This document shows, one piece after another, positions 1-9,807 of a stretch of DNA of 51,835 bases (position 1 is the first letter of the stretch; every line of letters starts with the position of its first letter). The stretch is from a virus (Duplodnaviria > Caudoviricetes): positions 1 through 51,835 of the IMG/VR virus record IMGVR_UViG_3300034147_000031; one strand, written 5' to 3'. Position numbers and translations under genes: made by a program. The notes below the pieces were generated by a model. It did not search any database, was not told where the DNA came from, and worked only from the letters and a program-made list of their open reading frames with translations.

Positions 1-147
1 ATCTCTGGCCACGGCGATCTGGCCACGGGCGGCGTGATACTCATCGCTGCTCAGGCCCGCCTCCATGTTGGCGTGGGCGGTGGCGATGACCGCCTTCAAC
101 TTGTGCTTCATCAGCAGCCAGTCCTGACCTGCTTTATTGACCTTCAT
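1..147 (-). CDS. hypothetical protein downstream of portal (5' part only; runs off window)
   Basis: ATG at 147 overlaps portal stop (ATGA); open frame MKVNKAGQDWLLMKHKL... to window edge. Confidence 0.6.
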   Translation of the reverse strand, partial: MKVNKAGQDWLLMKHKLKAVIATAHANMEAGLSSDEYHAARGQIAVARD

Positions 148-2396
148 TGACTAACGAAGCCTCCGCTGCCCTGTGGCTCTTCGCCCCGCGCCCGCGCTTC
201 GTCGGCGACCGCGTCTTCCATTGCCGCCTCGGCTTTCAGCACCCGCTCCTTGTGGCCAATGTCCATGCCCTTGAGGCCAAGCCGCGTCTTCAGTTCCTCG
301 ATCTTGATGTCGTAGTGCTGCGCGGTTTGCAGCAACTCGGTCTGGCGCTGCATCTCGGCCACCTGCAAGCGGGCTTGGCTGTCGATCTTGGCCGCTTCGA
401 GCCGGGTTTGGGCGGCGATCACGGTCGGGTTCTGCATCGGGTCTGGGGCGGCGGCTTCCTGCGCCTGCTGCTGCGCTGCCGCGTCGGCGGCCACTGCCGC
501 GTCAAATTCTTCCTTGGAGACCAGCACCGTGGTCGGCTGGATCATCGAGCTACGGACGCTCTCGTTGATCGTCTCGTAGGTCTTGATCGCTTTCGACAGC
601 ACCGGGTGGCTCGACCAGTTCTGGGCCATGTTGAGCAGCATCTGCGCCTGAAGCTCACGCTGGAGCAGGGACGAGGAGCCACGGGCATCGACCTTCATGT
701 CGCCCTTGATGTCCTCGCGGCTGTTGTGCTGCATATTCCAGTCGTAGAGGCGGCGGATGCTGGGGGTGGTGATGCCGTCGTCAAAGTTTTTGACGACCCG
801 CCGGAACGTAATGTTGCTGGCCATGGACATGAAGTTTGTGGCCGTTGCCGTTATGTTGGGATTGTCGGTAAGCTCGCCCTCGGCCTGAACCGGCAATGCC
901 GTCTCATCGTCGATGAAGCGGCGGGAGACTTCGACGAGGTTCATGATCTCGGCGACGTTGTTTTCGATGGCCTTGGTTTCCAGCACGGTCCCGCCCGCGA
1001 GGCCCGCGCCCTTCTTCTTGTACCACACCTTGCGCGGCGTCAGCACCCAGCTTCGGTTGGCTGGCTCGACCATGTCACGGTCGATAAAAATCTGCGGCCC
1101 AACACTTAGGGCCGCATTATCGAGAGCCATGCGCCACGCACCGTTCATCGACTTCTGGCTGTCGGCCATGATCTCGGGGATGCCGTAGCCAAAGATGCTG
1201 CCCTCGCTCTCCTCGAAGGTGAACAGCGAGTAGAGGCTTTCGCCGCTGTCGAGCGGATAGCACGGCGCCAGCTTGAGGATTTTGCCCTCGCACAAATAGC
1301 AGATGACCTTGACCTCGTTGAGCGGGTCATTCTCCGTCTCGACGGCGATGGCCTCTTCCTCGCGGTCCAGCGCACGCAGCACCGTGGCCACGTCCTCGTT
1401 GGTCAGCGGGCCATGATATTCCCAGCCGACAAAGCGGTCGCGGATGACATCGGTGGCCCCGGTGATGGCGCGCAAATTGACGAGATAGTTCATGCTGCTG
1501 TCGTTCAGCACTTGGCCGATGGTGCGCTCTTCGATGATCGCTCGCACGGCGTCCTTGGAAAAGCCGCGCTCCTTGGCCAGCCGCCTGAGGTCTTTGCCGC
1601 TCCACAGGTGGCGTTCGAATTCAAACTCCCTGTCTTCCGGCCTTATCGCGCTCATGTCGGGGAAGTAGCTCCACGGGTCCACCCACTTGTAGATCGGCGC
1701 CGGGTCTTCCTCCCGCTGGTAGACGTATTCATCGTCGAGCTTGATCCAGTGGCCACGCAAATTGTCCCCGGCCAACGGGCCTTTGACGATGCCGGTGCCG
1801 AGACGAACGCTGTCGCGGATGGCCAGCCTGCACTCCGCTGCGTACTCGCACTCGACTAACTGGTCCTGCATCTCGCGCCGCATGGCCTCGCCGCGCTTCT
1901 GCGCCTCGCCTAGTTCTTGTCGCGCCTTCCCGGCAACGTCGAGAGCAGTTTGAGCGCCTGCTGCTGCAACTTGCGCGCCCGCTTCTGTAGGCGCTTGATT
2001 AGCTTGTTCGACCATTTGCTCGGCTTGGGCGAGCGCTTCTTTGGCTGTTTCATGGAGTGTTGGCACCGGGGTTGGCGTGATGTCCCAGTTCTCCTCGTCT
2101 GTGGGAAACAGCAACGCCGATAACCGTGCCTCCCAGCTATTGGATTTCTTGCGGGTGATCTTGACGAAGGCGCGGCTCTTGGTGCTTTCGGTCAACTGGC
2201 TTTCGGTCTTCTCGTCGTAGCGCCCGTGGAACGCCCGCATATTGGCCAGCCAGCGGGTTTCGACGTGGCCTTTGCGGGTGACTTGATCCTTGGCCAGCGC
2301 TTCGAGCCGGTCAACGATACTGCCCAGCTTGTCCTGAATTTCAGTTTCAGTAGGACCGCTCGGCGGTTCTTCTGCCAGCATCGGAGCCGTGGCCAT
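144..2396 (-). CDS. portal (head-tail connector) protein
   Basis: 750 aa, follows terminase; portal-like motifs (RDSVRLGTGIVKGP, VDPWSYFPD, GSIFGYGIPEIM, RRVVKNFDD, DIKGDMKVDARG) and coiled-coil C-terminus. Confidence 0.85.
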   Translation of the reverse strand: MATAPMLAEEPPSGPTETEIQDKLGSIVDRLEALAKDQVTRKGHVETRWLANMRAFHGRYDEKTESQLTESTKSRAFVKITRKKSNSWEARLSALLFPTDEENWDITPTPVPTLHETAKEALAQAEQMVEQANQAPTEAGAQVAAAGAQTALDVAGKARQELGEAQKRGEAMRREMQDQLVECEYAAECRLAIRDSVRLGTGIVKGPLAGDNLRGHWIKLDDEYVYQREEDPAPIYKWVDPWSYFPDMSAIRPEDREFEFERHLWSGKDLRRLAKERGFSKDAVRAIIEERTIGQVLNDSSMNYLVNLRAITGATDVIRDRFVGWEYHGPLTNEDVATVLRALDREEEAIAVETENDPLNEVKVICYLCEGKILKLAPCYPLDSGESLYSLFTFEESEGSIFGYGIPEIMADSQKSMNGAWRMALDNAALSVGPQIFIDRDMVEPANRSWVLTPRKVWYKKKGAGLAGGTVLETKAIENNVAEIMNLVEVSRRFIDDETALPVQAEGELTDNPNITATATNFMSMASNITFRRVVKNFDDGITTPSIRRLYDWNMQHNSREDIKGDMKVDARGSSSLLQRELQAQMLLNMAQNWSSHPVLSKAIKTYETINESVRSSMIQPTTVLVSKEEFDAAVAADAAAQQQAQEAAAPDPMQNPTVIAAQTRLEAAKIDSQARLQVAEMQRQTELLQTAQHYDIKIEELKTRLGLKGMDIGHKERVLKAEAAMEDAVADEARARGEEPQGSGGFVSQ

Positions 2397-2400
2397 GGGT

Positions 2401-2976
2401 CTATCTTCCTAACAGGCCGGGGCGCCTTTGGTTGAACATCGGCATCGCTCTTTGCGAGACGTATTGCTGCAATTGCTGCTCGCGGGCAATCTGATCGTCG
2501 GGCGGCGGACCAGCCGCCTGCTGCTCGGCAAGCATCTGCGCCCGCTGGGCGGCAACCATCCGCGCTTGCTCCGCTGCCTGCCTGCCCATCACCGCGCCGC
2601 CGACCTTGGCCGCCATCTGGCGCGTGGCTGGGTTGGCCAGCACCTCTTTCACCGCCTGCTGACGGCCAGCGGGAAGGGCAGGCGTCTGCTCTCGCTGGGC
2701 TATGAGCGCCTGCATTGCGGCATCGCGTGGGTCCGGGGGCGCGGGTGCGCCTGCGGGCGCTCCGCCACCAAACTCGCTGAGGTCTCTGGCCACGGGAACG
2801 ACACCTGCCGCGTCGAAGGCAGGCGGCGCTGGCTTGATCAAGGCGCCCGGCGGCGGTCCCATTGGCCGCTGCACCGGGACGATGCCCGCTTTGCTGAAGG
2901 CTGGCGGTTGGTACTGCTGGACCACCTGTTTCTTGAGTTGATTGGCGGCGTTCGTGAAGCTGGTTGGCATGGTCAA
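2401..2976 (-). CDS. hypothetical Pro/Ala/Gln-rich protein
   Basis: 191-aa ORF coupled (ATGA overlap) to the terminase C-half, ends 4 nt before portal start. Confidence 0.65.
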   Translation of the reverse strand: MTMPTSFTNAANQLKKQVVQQYQPPAFSKAGIVPVQRPMGPPPGALIKPAPPAFDAAGVVPVARDLSEFGGGAPAGAPAPPDPRDAAMQALIAQREQTPALPAGRQQAVKEVLANPATRQMAAKVGGAVMGRQAAEQARMVAAQRAQMLAEQQAAGPPPDDQIAREQQLQQYVSQRAMPMFNQRRPGLLGR

Positions 2977-3713
2977 TATCCTGCTACAGGATCGGCACCG
3001 TCCATCGGCACCGCGATGTCGTCAAAACCCGGTTGCTTGGCCACCGTCCGCCCAGAGCGGACCAGATAGCGCATAACATCCATCAAGTGGTCATGCTTTT
3101 TTACGATACGCCCATTCTCGTCGCGGCGGTAGAGGCGGTATTCGTTGAAGAAGTTGAGCAGGTGGCTCATCACCTTCAATCTGCCGGTCGAGAGCGCTGC
3201 CCACGTATCGTAGAGGCCCGCGTCCACCGCATTGTCGGCCATGCTGAGGTTGAGGCCAAGCTGGCGGTAGAGGTCAAACAGCTTCTCGCCATCGCGCTGG
3301 GACGAGCCGTGCGCGGCTGGATCGCAAACCCCGCTCATCCAGTCGCCACGGGCCTTGATCGCTTCGGCGTGGACCGCCGGTTCGGCAATCCCCCGGTAAT
3401 GCTCGGCATAGAGGTACTGGATGCCCGTGCTGGGGTCCCATGCCGACCACAGCGCTGCCGTCCGGTTCCAGCCCACGTCGAGGCCATAGCAGCGTGGCCA
3501 CCACACCGGGATCGGGAAGTAGGCGACCGCGATGTCGCTTTCGGGGATGGGATAGATGGCGCCTGAGCCAAGGCTTGGGATGCCCTTGCTGCGGGCGTCC
3601 CGCAGATACGGCGGGATGCTTTCCAGCAGGTCCTGCTTGGCCTCCGGCGAGAGATGGGGCGCGTCTTCCCAGCCCGCCGTCACCAGATATTTGCTGTTGG
3701 TGATCTCGGGCAT
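2973..3713 (-). CDS. terL: terminase large subunit, C-terminal half (last ATPase strand/lid + RNase H-like nuclease)
   Basis: GWEDAPHL...ARSKGIPSLGSGAIYP...GLDVGW...HDHLMDVMRY matches the C-terminal half of P22 gp2-type TerL; TAATG overlap with upstream gene. Confidence 0.9.
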   Translation of the reverse strand: MPEITNSKYLVTAGWEDAPHLSPEAKQDLLESIPPYLRDARSKGIPSLGSGAIYPIPESDIAVAYFPIPVWWPRCYGLDVGWNRTAALWSAWDPSTGIQYLYAEHYRGIAEPAVHAEAIKARGDWMSGVCDPAAHGSSQRDGEKLFDLYRQLGLNLSMADNAVDAGLYDTWAALSTGRLKVMSHLLNFFNEYRLYRRDENGRIVKKHDHLMDVMRYLVRSGRTVAKQPGFDDIAVPMDGADPVAGY

Positions 3714-3853
3714 TATTTCTTTTTCGCCTTCCGCGCTTTGCGCTGGATGTCGTAGGCGATAGCAACCGCCTGCTTTTGGTCATAGCCCTCTTTGACCAGC
3801 CGCTTGACGTTCTCGCTGAACGCGCTCTTGGACTTGCCCTTCACCAGCGGCAT
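3713..3853 (-). CDS. small basic phage protein (MPLVKGKSKSAFSENVKRLVKEGYDQKQAVAIAY...)
   Basis: 46 aa, GAGGAG RBS, resembles the 'MPLKKGKS...QKQAVAIA' small proteins often seen near terminases; below ORF-track cutoff. Confidence 0.7.
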   Translation of the reverse strand: MPLVKGKSKSAFSENVKRLVKEGYDQKQAVAIAYDIQRKARKAKKK

Positions 3854-3863
3854 GGCTCGCTCC

Positions 3864-4103
3864 TCAGAAGGTTGATGTGACGATGGCCAATCCGAAAATC
3901 AGGATGACCACGATCAACGCGCCGATGACGATGCACGGGCCGGTGCGGATGGCTCGCTTGGCATCGCGTTCAAACTCTGGGTCCATGGCCATTCACCCAA
4001 AAATGAAAATTGCAATGATGGCCACCACCACCACGATAAGGATCGCACGCGGGGCCATGATGATCGCCCGGCTGAGGGCGCGAGAAAGCGGGCGATTTTT
4101 CAC
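3864..4103 (-). CDS. two tandem small single-TM proteins (3993-4103, 36 aa; 3864-3992, 42 aa)
   Basis: Abutting ORFs each ending in a hydrophobic stretch (ILIVVVVAIIAIFIFG; CIVIGALIVVILIFGLAIV). Confidence 0.45.
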
Positions 4104-6223
4104 CGCGCCTCCAACTCTTCGACCCGCTTCGTCAGCGTCTTGACCGCCTCGATCAGCACCGCGCACAGCCTGCCGTAATCGACGGCGAGGAAATCGTCTT
4201 CGTCCTCGCTGCCGCTGACCAGCGCGGGCAGGACCGCCTTCAACTCTTGGCCAACGATGCCGATGTGCTGCTTGCTGCCCTCGCGGTAGCGGACCCCGCG
4301 CAACCGCTTGGTGAGGGCGAGCGCGTTGCGGATTGGGCGCACATCGCGCATATCGCGTTCGTCGGCCTTCAGCGAGACGCCGCCCGCTGCCGTGAACGCT
4401 CCGCTATGGAGAAGCTGACCCGCAGCGTTCCAGCGTAGGTAGGAAAACTGGGCGGTGATCGGGTCGTCGGTGACTTGCAGGTAGGCGTAGCCGTGACCAG
4501 AATTGCTGCGGATGCGGATGCCGCCCGTGGTGCCAGCGTTGGGCGTCTTGCAGTCGAGCAGGCTAATGATGCCCAGTTGGCCGTCATTGCTGAAATGAGC
4601 GATGTTTACCCCGCCTACCCAAAACTTATGCTGGGCGGCGGCTGGAGCCATGTAATCGAATTGTCCGCTCGATACGCCGAGGCCATAGACTGCGCCCGCC
4701 CCGTCGTTAAACAGCTTTAGCTTGGCCCTCGCGGCATCCCCCGCAACATCGCTGAACGATCCCCCCATGCTGATATGGATCGGGTTCGCGCCGGAGGTAG
4801 GCGCAGAGACACCCATCGTCATATTGCTGGTCGTGGAAATCCCGCCAGTGACGGCCAAGCCAGTCGCTCCAACCGCACAAATATCAACGCCGCCCGCGCC
4901 GAGTTGCAAGTTGCCGACCTGCGAGCGGACGAAACTCTGCCCGCCCGTGTGCAGCAGCATCAGCTTGTCGGTGCCGACATACATCAGGCCGCTGGCGATG
5001 ATGTCGCCAGTGACAGACAAGCCGGTGGAGCCAAATGCTGCGATCTGTGTGCCGGATAGCGTTACGTCGAGCGACAGCCCGCGCAAACTTAACGCCTTAT
5101 ATGCGCTGCCAGTGCGGTCGTAGCTTAATATGATCCCAACCGTGCCATTGTGGCTAAATTCAAGGTTCTGCCCAGAAGCCTTGAAGCCCCCGCCAGTTAC
5201 GGAAAGGCCATTGCCGATGGTTCCTAGACCACTGGTGGTGAGAGTGCTGTTGACCGTCAGCGCCCCCGAAAGCGTCCCGCCTGTGAGCAGCAGATAATTC
5301 GCCAGTGATGCGGTGGTCGCGTAACCACTCAAGGATGCGACCGTGGCGAAATCGGCGTCGGTGCAAGCGGTGTTGAATTGGGCGATGGTACCGGTGATGC
5401 CGACAATGCTGGGCTGGTCGCCCGAGTTGGTGCCGGTCAGCAAGAGGTCGCTCTTCAGCGTGGCCAAGGTCTGCACCTCGGGGACGCCTGATCCTGCGGT
5501 CTTGCGGTAGATCAGCGAGGCCGTGGCCATGTTGGCCATCTTGGCGAGCGTCACCACCCCGGCGGCGATGGTGTTGGCCGTTGCGCCCGCCGCCGAAGTT
5601 ACGTCTCCCGTGAACGCGGGCATGGCTGTGGTCACATCGGCAGTGGTCAGCGTCACCGCGCCCGTGCGGGTGTTGAAGCTGGCGACACCCGCAGCCGGGA
5701 TCGTGGCCACAACCGCTTCGATCTTGTCATAGACGGCGTCCTTGGTGGGAGCCTCAAGGCTCCCATTCCAAGCCACGCCATAGACCTCGGCGGGGACGAT
5801 GATGTCACCCGTGAACGTGCCGCCAGCGACTGGCATAATGTCGGCGTCGGTGATGGCCGTGTTGAATTGCGCCAGCGTCCCCGTGATGCCGACGATGCTG
5901 GGCTGGTCGCCTGAGTTGGTGCCGGTCAAGCCCAAGTCCGTCTTGAGCGTGGCCAGCGTCTGCACTTCAGGCACACCGGCACTGGCGGTCTTGCGATAGA
6001 ACACGGTGCCGCTGGCCACGTTGGCCATGTCGGCCAAGGCCACTGCGCCTGCATTGATTTGCAGGGTGGTGCCGGTGCCGCCGACCGTGATGTCGCCCTT
6101 GTTGCCGTCAGGCCCCAGCCCGTCCGCTCCGGCAGGCACGGTGGCCCATGTCTGGTCTGCCCGCAGGAACTGGGTGGTGCCGCCGGGAGACTGGATTTGC
6201 GAGGGGAAGATGTCCTGTGACAT
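4100..6223 (-). CDS. tail fibre/spike with C-terminal S74-type intramolecular chaperone domain
   Basis: Gly/Thr/Ala-rich beta repeats; C-terminus GIVGQEL...P.LV...VDYGRL.AVLIEAVK.L...VEELE typical of peptidase S74 chaperones. Confidence 0.85.
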   Translation of the reverse strand: MSQDIFPSQIQSPGGTTQFLRADQTWATVPAGADGLGPDGNKGDITVGGTGTTLQINAGAVALADMANVASGTVFYRKTASAGVPEVQTLATLKTDLGLTGTNSGDQPSIVGITGTLAQFNTAITDADIMPVAGGTFTGDIIVPAEVYGVAWNGSLEAPTKDAVYDKIEAVVATIPAAGVASFNTRTGAVTLTTADVTTAMPAFTGDVTSAAGATANTIAAGVVTLAKMANMATASLIYRKTAGSGVPEVQTLATLKSDLLLTGTNSGDQPSIVGITGTIAQFNTACTDADFATVASLSGYATTASLANYLLLTGGTLSGALTVNSTLTTSGLGTIGNGLSVTGGGFKASGQNLEFSHNGTVGIILSYDRTGSAYKALSLRGLSLDVTLSGTQIAAFGSTGLSVTGDIIASGLMYVGTDKLMLLHTGGQSFVRSQVGNLQLGAGGVDICAVGATGLAVTGGISTTSNMTMGVSAPTSGANPIHISMGGSFSDVAGDAARAKLKLFNDGAGAVYGLGVSSGQFDYMAPAAAQHKFWVGGVNIAHFSNDGQLGIISLLDCKTPNAGTTGGIRIRSNSGHGYAYLQVTDDPITAQFSYLRWNAAGQLLHSGAFTAAGGVSLKADERDMRDVRPIRNALALTKRLRGVRYREGSKQHIGIVGQELKAVLPALVSGSEDEDDFLAVDYGRLCAVLIEAVKTLTKRVEELEAR

Positions 6224-6226
6224 GGC

Positions 6227-6937
6227 CTATCCTATCATGTGGGCTTGCGCCCTGCCCAGCGGAGTGAATTCATAGGCTCCGAACGTCCAGCTAACCCACT
6301 GCTCCGTAGCTGACGTGAAGGTGGCCGGGTCTTCGGTGGCCGACGCCGCCATGGTTAGTTGGCGGGCCGCGCTGTTGGTAGACGATCCCTGCGTCGCCCC
6401 TGCCTGCGACAGCAGCGGGGTATAGTTGGTGGGGGCGACGGTGGCCACGACCGCAGCATCGCCGTGCCGGGATGCGATCAGGCTCATGTCTTGGCTGGCA
6501 CCGGAGTTATTGGTGATCAATGGCGGGTTGGAGTTAGTGCTGCTGCCTTGCGCGGAGGTGGCGGTGATCATCCCGATGGCTTTGCCTGCCGCTGCTTTGA
6601 AGGCGTACATATTCAGCGAGTATTGCTCGCCAGCGGTGCTGTTGATGGTGATGCCGGGGAAGGCCGACGCGGCATAGGCGGCGGTGGTTTCGCGCACGAA
6701 GATCGCCCCGGTTACGGCGTTGGTTGCGTCCGATGCCTGATTGATCTTGGCCCAGCCCTGCGTCTCGGTCACGGTCGGGTTGCCGTCTATCGAAACCAGC
6801 GCGATCCACAGCACTTTCTCGCCTGCGGCGATGACGGTGTTGAGCGAGGTGAAGGTGATCGTGGCCGGTGTCCACGCGGTGGCGTTGCTGCCTCCATCGA
6901 CGGCGATGCCTCGGCGGACGAGAGTGAGGAAGGCCAC
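6227..6937 (-). CDS. virion structural / tail accessory protein
   Basis: 236 aa Ala/Thr/Ser-rich beta-type protein between two fibre genes. Confidence 0.6.
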   Translation of the reverse strand: MAFLTLVRRGIAVDGGSNATAWTPATITFTSLNTVIAAGEKVLWIALVSIDGNPTVTETQGWAKINQASDATNAVTGAIFVRETTAAYAASAFPGITINSTAGEQYSLNMYAFKAAAGKAIGMITATSAQGSSTNSNPPLITNNSGASQDMSLIASRHGDAAVVATVAPTNYTPLLSQAGATQGSSTNSAARQLTMAASATEDPATFTSATEQWVSWTFGAYEFTPLGRAQAHMIG

Positions 6938-9598
6938 CTAGTTCCTCTGGACCTTGAGAACCAGCGTGCAGCGCTGCATGGTGGCCACGCTGTCCACGTT
7001 GATCCTGAAGATGTCATCCGCCGCGACCGTGCTGATCCACGTCGGCACTGAAGCTGCTGTATTTTTGAGCGCTCCACTGATGGTCGGCTTGGCTGCTGCG
7101 GTGATGGTATCCGCCACGAGGGGCGGGTAGTTGGCGTAGGTGTCCTTCCAGATGTCCACCACGATGGACCCGGACTGGTCGCCGAGCAGGGTCCAGCCGA
7201 CGATGGTGCCGGAGAACGGGATTTGGATGTCGCCCTTGATGCCGGTCGTGATCGGCGCTCCGGCGCCGTCGATGATGAATTGCATCCCGATGACGCCGCT
7301 TGGCCCGGCTGGTCCGGGGATGCCTTGGATGCCGGGATCGCCTTGCGGGCCGACCAGCGAAGTCGGCGCTCCCCAAGCGCCCGCCGCCTTGGGTCCGTAA
7401 ATATCATCGCCCGCCGTATCTATGTAAAAATCGCCGTCCGCCCCGACGCCGCCGCTTGGCGGAGCGGCCCCGTTCAGAACCGTCTTGCCATTGGTTCCAT
7501 TGGTTCCGGGTGTGCCGGGTGTGCCGGGTGTTCCCGTGTCGCCCGTGTCGCCTTTGACGCCCGCAGCGCCGCCATAGGGGACGATCAGGATGGCAGCGAG
7601 ATTGTCGAACACGCCGGTCAGCGTGGTGCCTGAAACGGTGTAATCGGTGGTGGCTTTCTGGGCGACACCGTTGACGAACACCAGCACGGTGTTGGCGGCA
7701 TAGCCAGTGGGGATGGTGATGTTCTGCGTGGCCCCGGTGCCGACGGCTTCGACCCGGAAGCTGTCCATCGCACCGCCGCCCGCGCCCAGCGTTTCGATCT
7801 TGTCCCACAGCGCGTTCTTGGTCGGCACTTCCATGCTGCCGTTCCAGCCGGTGCCATAGACCTCGTCGGGGACGATGATGTCGCCGGTAAACTCGGCAGC
7901 ACCGTCGATATAGATGTTGGTGGATAACCCGCTGAAAGGTAAAATCTGAAACTCGTTGGCCCAGACGGTAATGTCGCCAACGCCGTTAGAAATAATGTCG
8001 GCGTTGGTGGCCCCGACGCTGTCCGTGAAGTGTATCCTGCCACCGCCGCCCGCCTTGAAAAAGGTCAGGTCGCCAGTCATCGTGTCGCCCGTCTTGGACA
8101 CCTTGAGCGGGTCGCTCGCGCCACTCCCTGTTCCAAACGGGCCGACTGTCGCGCCATTGACCCTGCCGTAGAAGCCAGCGGTGGTTGACCACAGATCGCC
8201 ATTGACGGGCGATGTTGGTGCGGTGCCGTGGGGTATGCTGACACCGGCTCTGGCGGCGGCGCTGGCCTCGGTGATGAGCTTGCCGGAGGTGGTGATCCCG
8301 CCGACGCCAGCGGACGTAAGCTGGAGCGTGCCATAGGAGAAGACGGAGAAGTTGCCGTTGTAGCCTTGGATTTCGCCTTGGATGATGTCGAGGTCGTAGA
8401 ACGTGATCTTCGGGTTTTCGCCGTTCAGTTCAATGTCCTGCACGAAGATGTCGGCGGTGACGGTCAACTCGTCGGAGATGTCGCAGATGCCGGTGATGCT
8501 GACGTTGCCGGTGACGCCCTGATTGCCGGTAAAACTGTTGCCACCCGCCAGATTGGCCTTGAGCGCGAGGCCAGCGGCCAACTCCGCATCGGTGGCCATC
8601 GCGGCCATCTCACTGTCATCGACCTTCGCGTCGAGCGCGGCCTGAAGGCCGGTCGTGTCGGCGATGACATGGGTGTGAACCAGAGGCGCCTTGCCGTTCA
8701 GCGCGGTCTGGAGGTCGGTCTGGGCGGAGAGCGTCCCGGTGATCGCGCCCCATGCGGCAGTGTTGCTGGCTGAAATCTCGGTGTAGGCCGAGCCGGTCCA
8801 GCGGTAGGTCTTGCCGGTGTCGAGGGCGACGTAGATTTTGCCCACTTCGCCAGTTGCCGGGAACGCCGCGAGATTGGCGAATTCCAACACGTCATCAACG
8901 TAGCTGGGCAACTGGGACGCAGGCACCTTGCTGCCACTATCGAGCGTGGCCACGCCATTGGCCGCGCCCTTCTGGGTCAGCGGGATATAGTTGGCCACGG
9001 CAGCGGCAAGCTCGGCATCCGTCGCGTAGGCCCCAAGCTCGCTGTCATCGACCTTGCTGTCCAAGGCCCCTTGCAGACCCGTAACGTCGGCAATGACGTG
9101 GGTGTGGGAGACGTTGGCCTTGGTGGCCAAGCCCGCCGTCAACTCGGCATCGGTAGCGTAGCCAGCGAGATCGCTGGTCGAGGCCAGCGTCTGGATTTTA
9201 TCGTAAACCGCGTTCTTGGTCGGCGCTTCCAGTTTGCCGTTCCACGCTGCTGCGTAAACTTCGTCGGCAAGGGTGATGGTGCCGGTGGCCACGATATTGC
9301 CGGTGACGCTCTGGTTGCCGGTGAAGGTGTTGCCGCCGCTGAGCTTGGCCTTGGCGTTGAGGGCGTTCTGGAGATCGGTTTGGGCGCTTAGCGTTCCTGT
9401 GATCGCGCCCCACGCTATGGTAGTAGTCCCGCCCCCGGTGAAATATGGCAGGGTGTTCCACGCGGTGGTGCCGTCACCATATTTGATCTTGCCGGTGTCA
9501 TCCTCGTAGCCGGGTTCGGCGAGGGCAAGGATCGGGTTGGAGGCGGTCCAGTCAGCCGCAACATCGCGGCGCAGGCGGATCAGGGCATTACCGGACAT
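6938..9598 (-). CDS. tail fibre protein with Mtd_N/hyaluronidase-type N-terminal domain and collagen-like repeats
   Basis: N-term IRLRRDVAADWTASNPILALAEPGYEDDTGKIKYGDGTTAWNTLPY; KGAANGVATLDSGSKVPASQLPSYVDDVLE module; GTPGTPGTPGTNG collagen-like segment; start moved to ATG 9598. Confidence 0.85.
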   Translation of the reverse strand: MSGNALIRLRRDVAADWTASNPILALAEPGYEDDTGKIKYGDGTTAWNTLPYFTGGGTTTIAWGAITGTLSAQTDLQNALNAKAKLSGGNTFTGNQSVTGNIVATGTITLADEVYAAAWNGKLEAPTKNAVYDKIQTLASTSDLAGYATDAELTAGLATKANVSHTHVIADVTGLQGALDSKVDDSELGAYATDAELAAAVANYIPLTQKGAANGVATLDSGSKVPASQLPSYVDDVLEFANLAAFPATGEVGKIYVALDTGKTYRWTGSAYTEISASNTAAWGAITGTLSAQTDLQTALNGKAPLVHTHVIADTTGLQAALDAKVDDSEMAAMATDAELAAGLALKANLAGGNSFTGNQGVTGNVSITGICDISDELTVTADIFVQDIELNGENPKITFYDLDIIQGEIQGYNGNFSVFSYGTLQLTSAGVGGITTSGKLITEASAAARAGVSIPHGTAPTSPVNGDLWSTTAGFYGRVNGATVGPFGTGSGASDPLKVSKTGDTMTGDLTFFKAGGGGRIHFTDSVGATNADIISNGVGDITVWANEFQILPFSGLSTNIYIDGAAEFTGDIIVPDEVYGTGWNGSMEVPTKNALWDKIETLGAGGGAMDSFRVEAVGTGATQNITIPTGYAANTVLVFVNGVAQKATTDYTVSGTTLTGVFDNLAAILIVPYGGAAGVKGDTGDTGTPGTPGTPGTNGTNGKTVLNGAAPPSGGVGADGDFYIDTAGDDIYGPKAAGAWGAPTSLVGPQGDPGIQGIPGPAGPSGVIGMQFIIDGAGAPITTGIKGDIQIPFSGTIVGWTLLGDQSGSIVVDIWKDTYANYPPLVADTITAAAKPTISGALKNTAASVPTWISTVAADDIFRINVDSVATMQRCTLVLKVQRN

Positions 9599-9599
9599 A

Positions 9600-9797
9600 T
9601 CAGGCGCTCCCACCATCGACGGCGATATAGGGGACGCCCGAGTTGTAGGCGTCACCCCCGTCTATTTCCAGCGTAGTGCCGCCGCCGCCACCGCCGCCGC
9701 CACTGCCACCCGCTTCTGCCAAGGCCACGACCTTGTTCAATTTGGGGACGCGAACCGTCTCGGGTTCTTGGTGGCGAAAGACGATAGTGTCTGGCAC
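9600..9797 (-). CDS. small Gly-rich virion-associated protein
   Basis: GTG start after AGGAG RBS; poly-Gly linker, IDGG motifs. Confidence 0.55.
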   Translation of the reverse strand: MPDTIVFRHQEPETVRVPKLNKVVALAEAGGSGGGGGGGGTTLEIDGGDAYNSGVPYIAVDGGSA

Positions 9798-9807
9798 GGA
9801 CTTTCTC

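Noticed and set aside
6938-9598. Diversity-generating retroelement suggested by the Mtd_N-like domain
   Set aside because: No reverse transcriptase and no TR/VR pair differing at adenines seen in the window.
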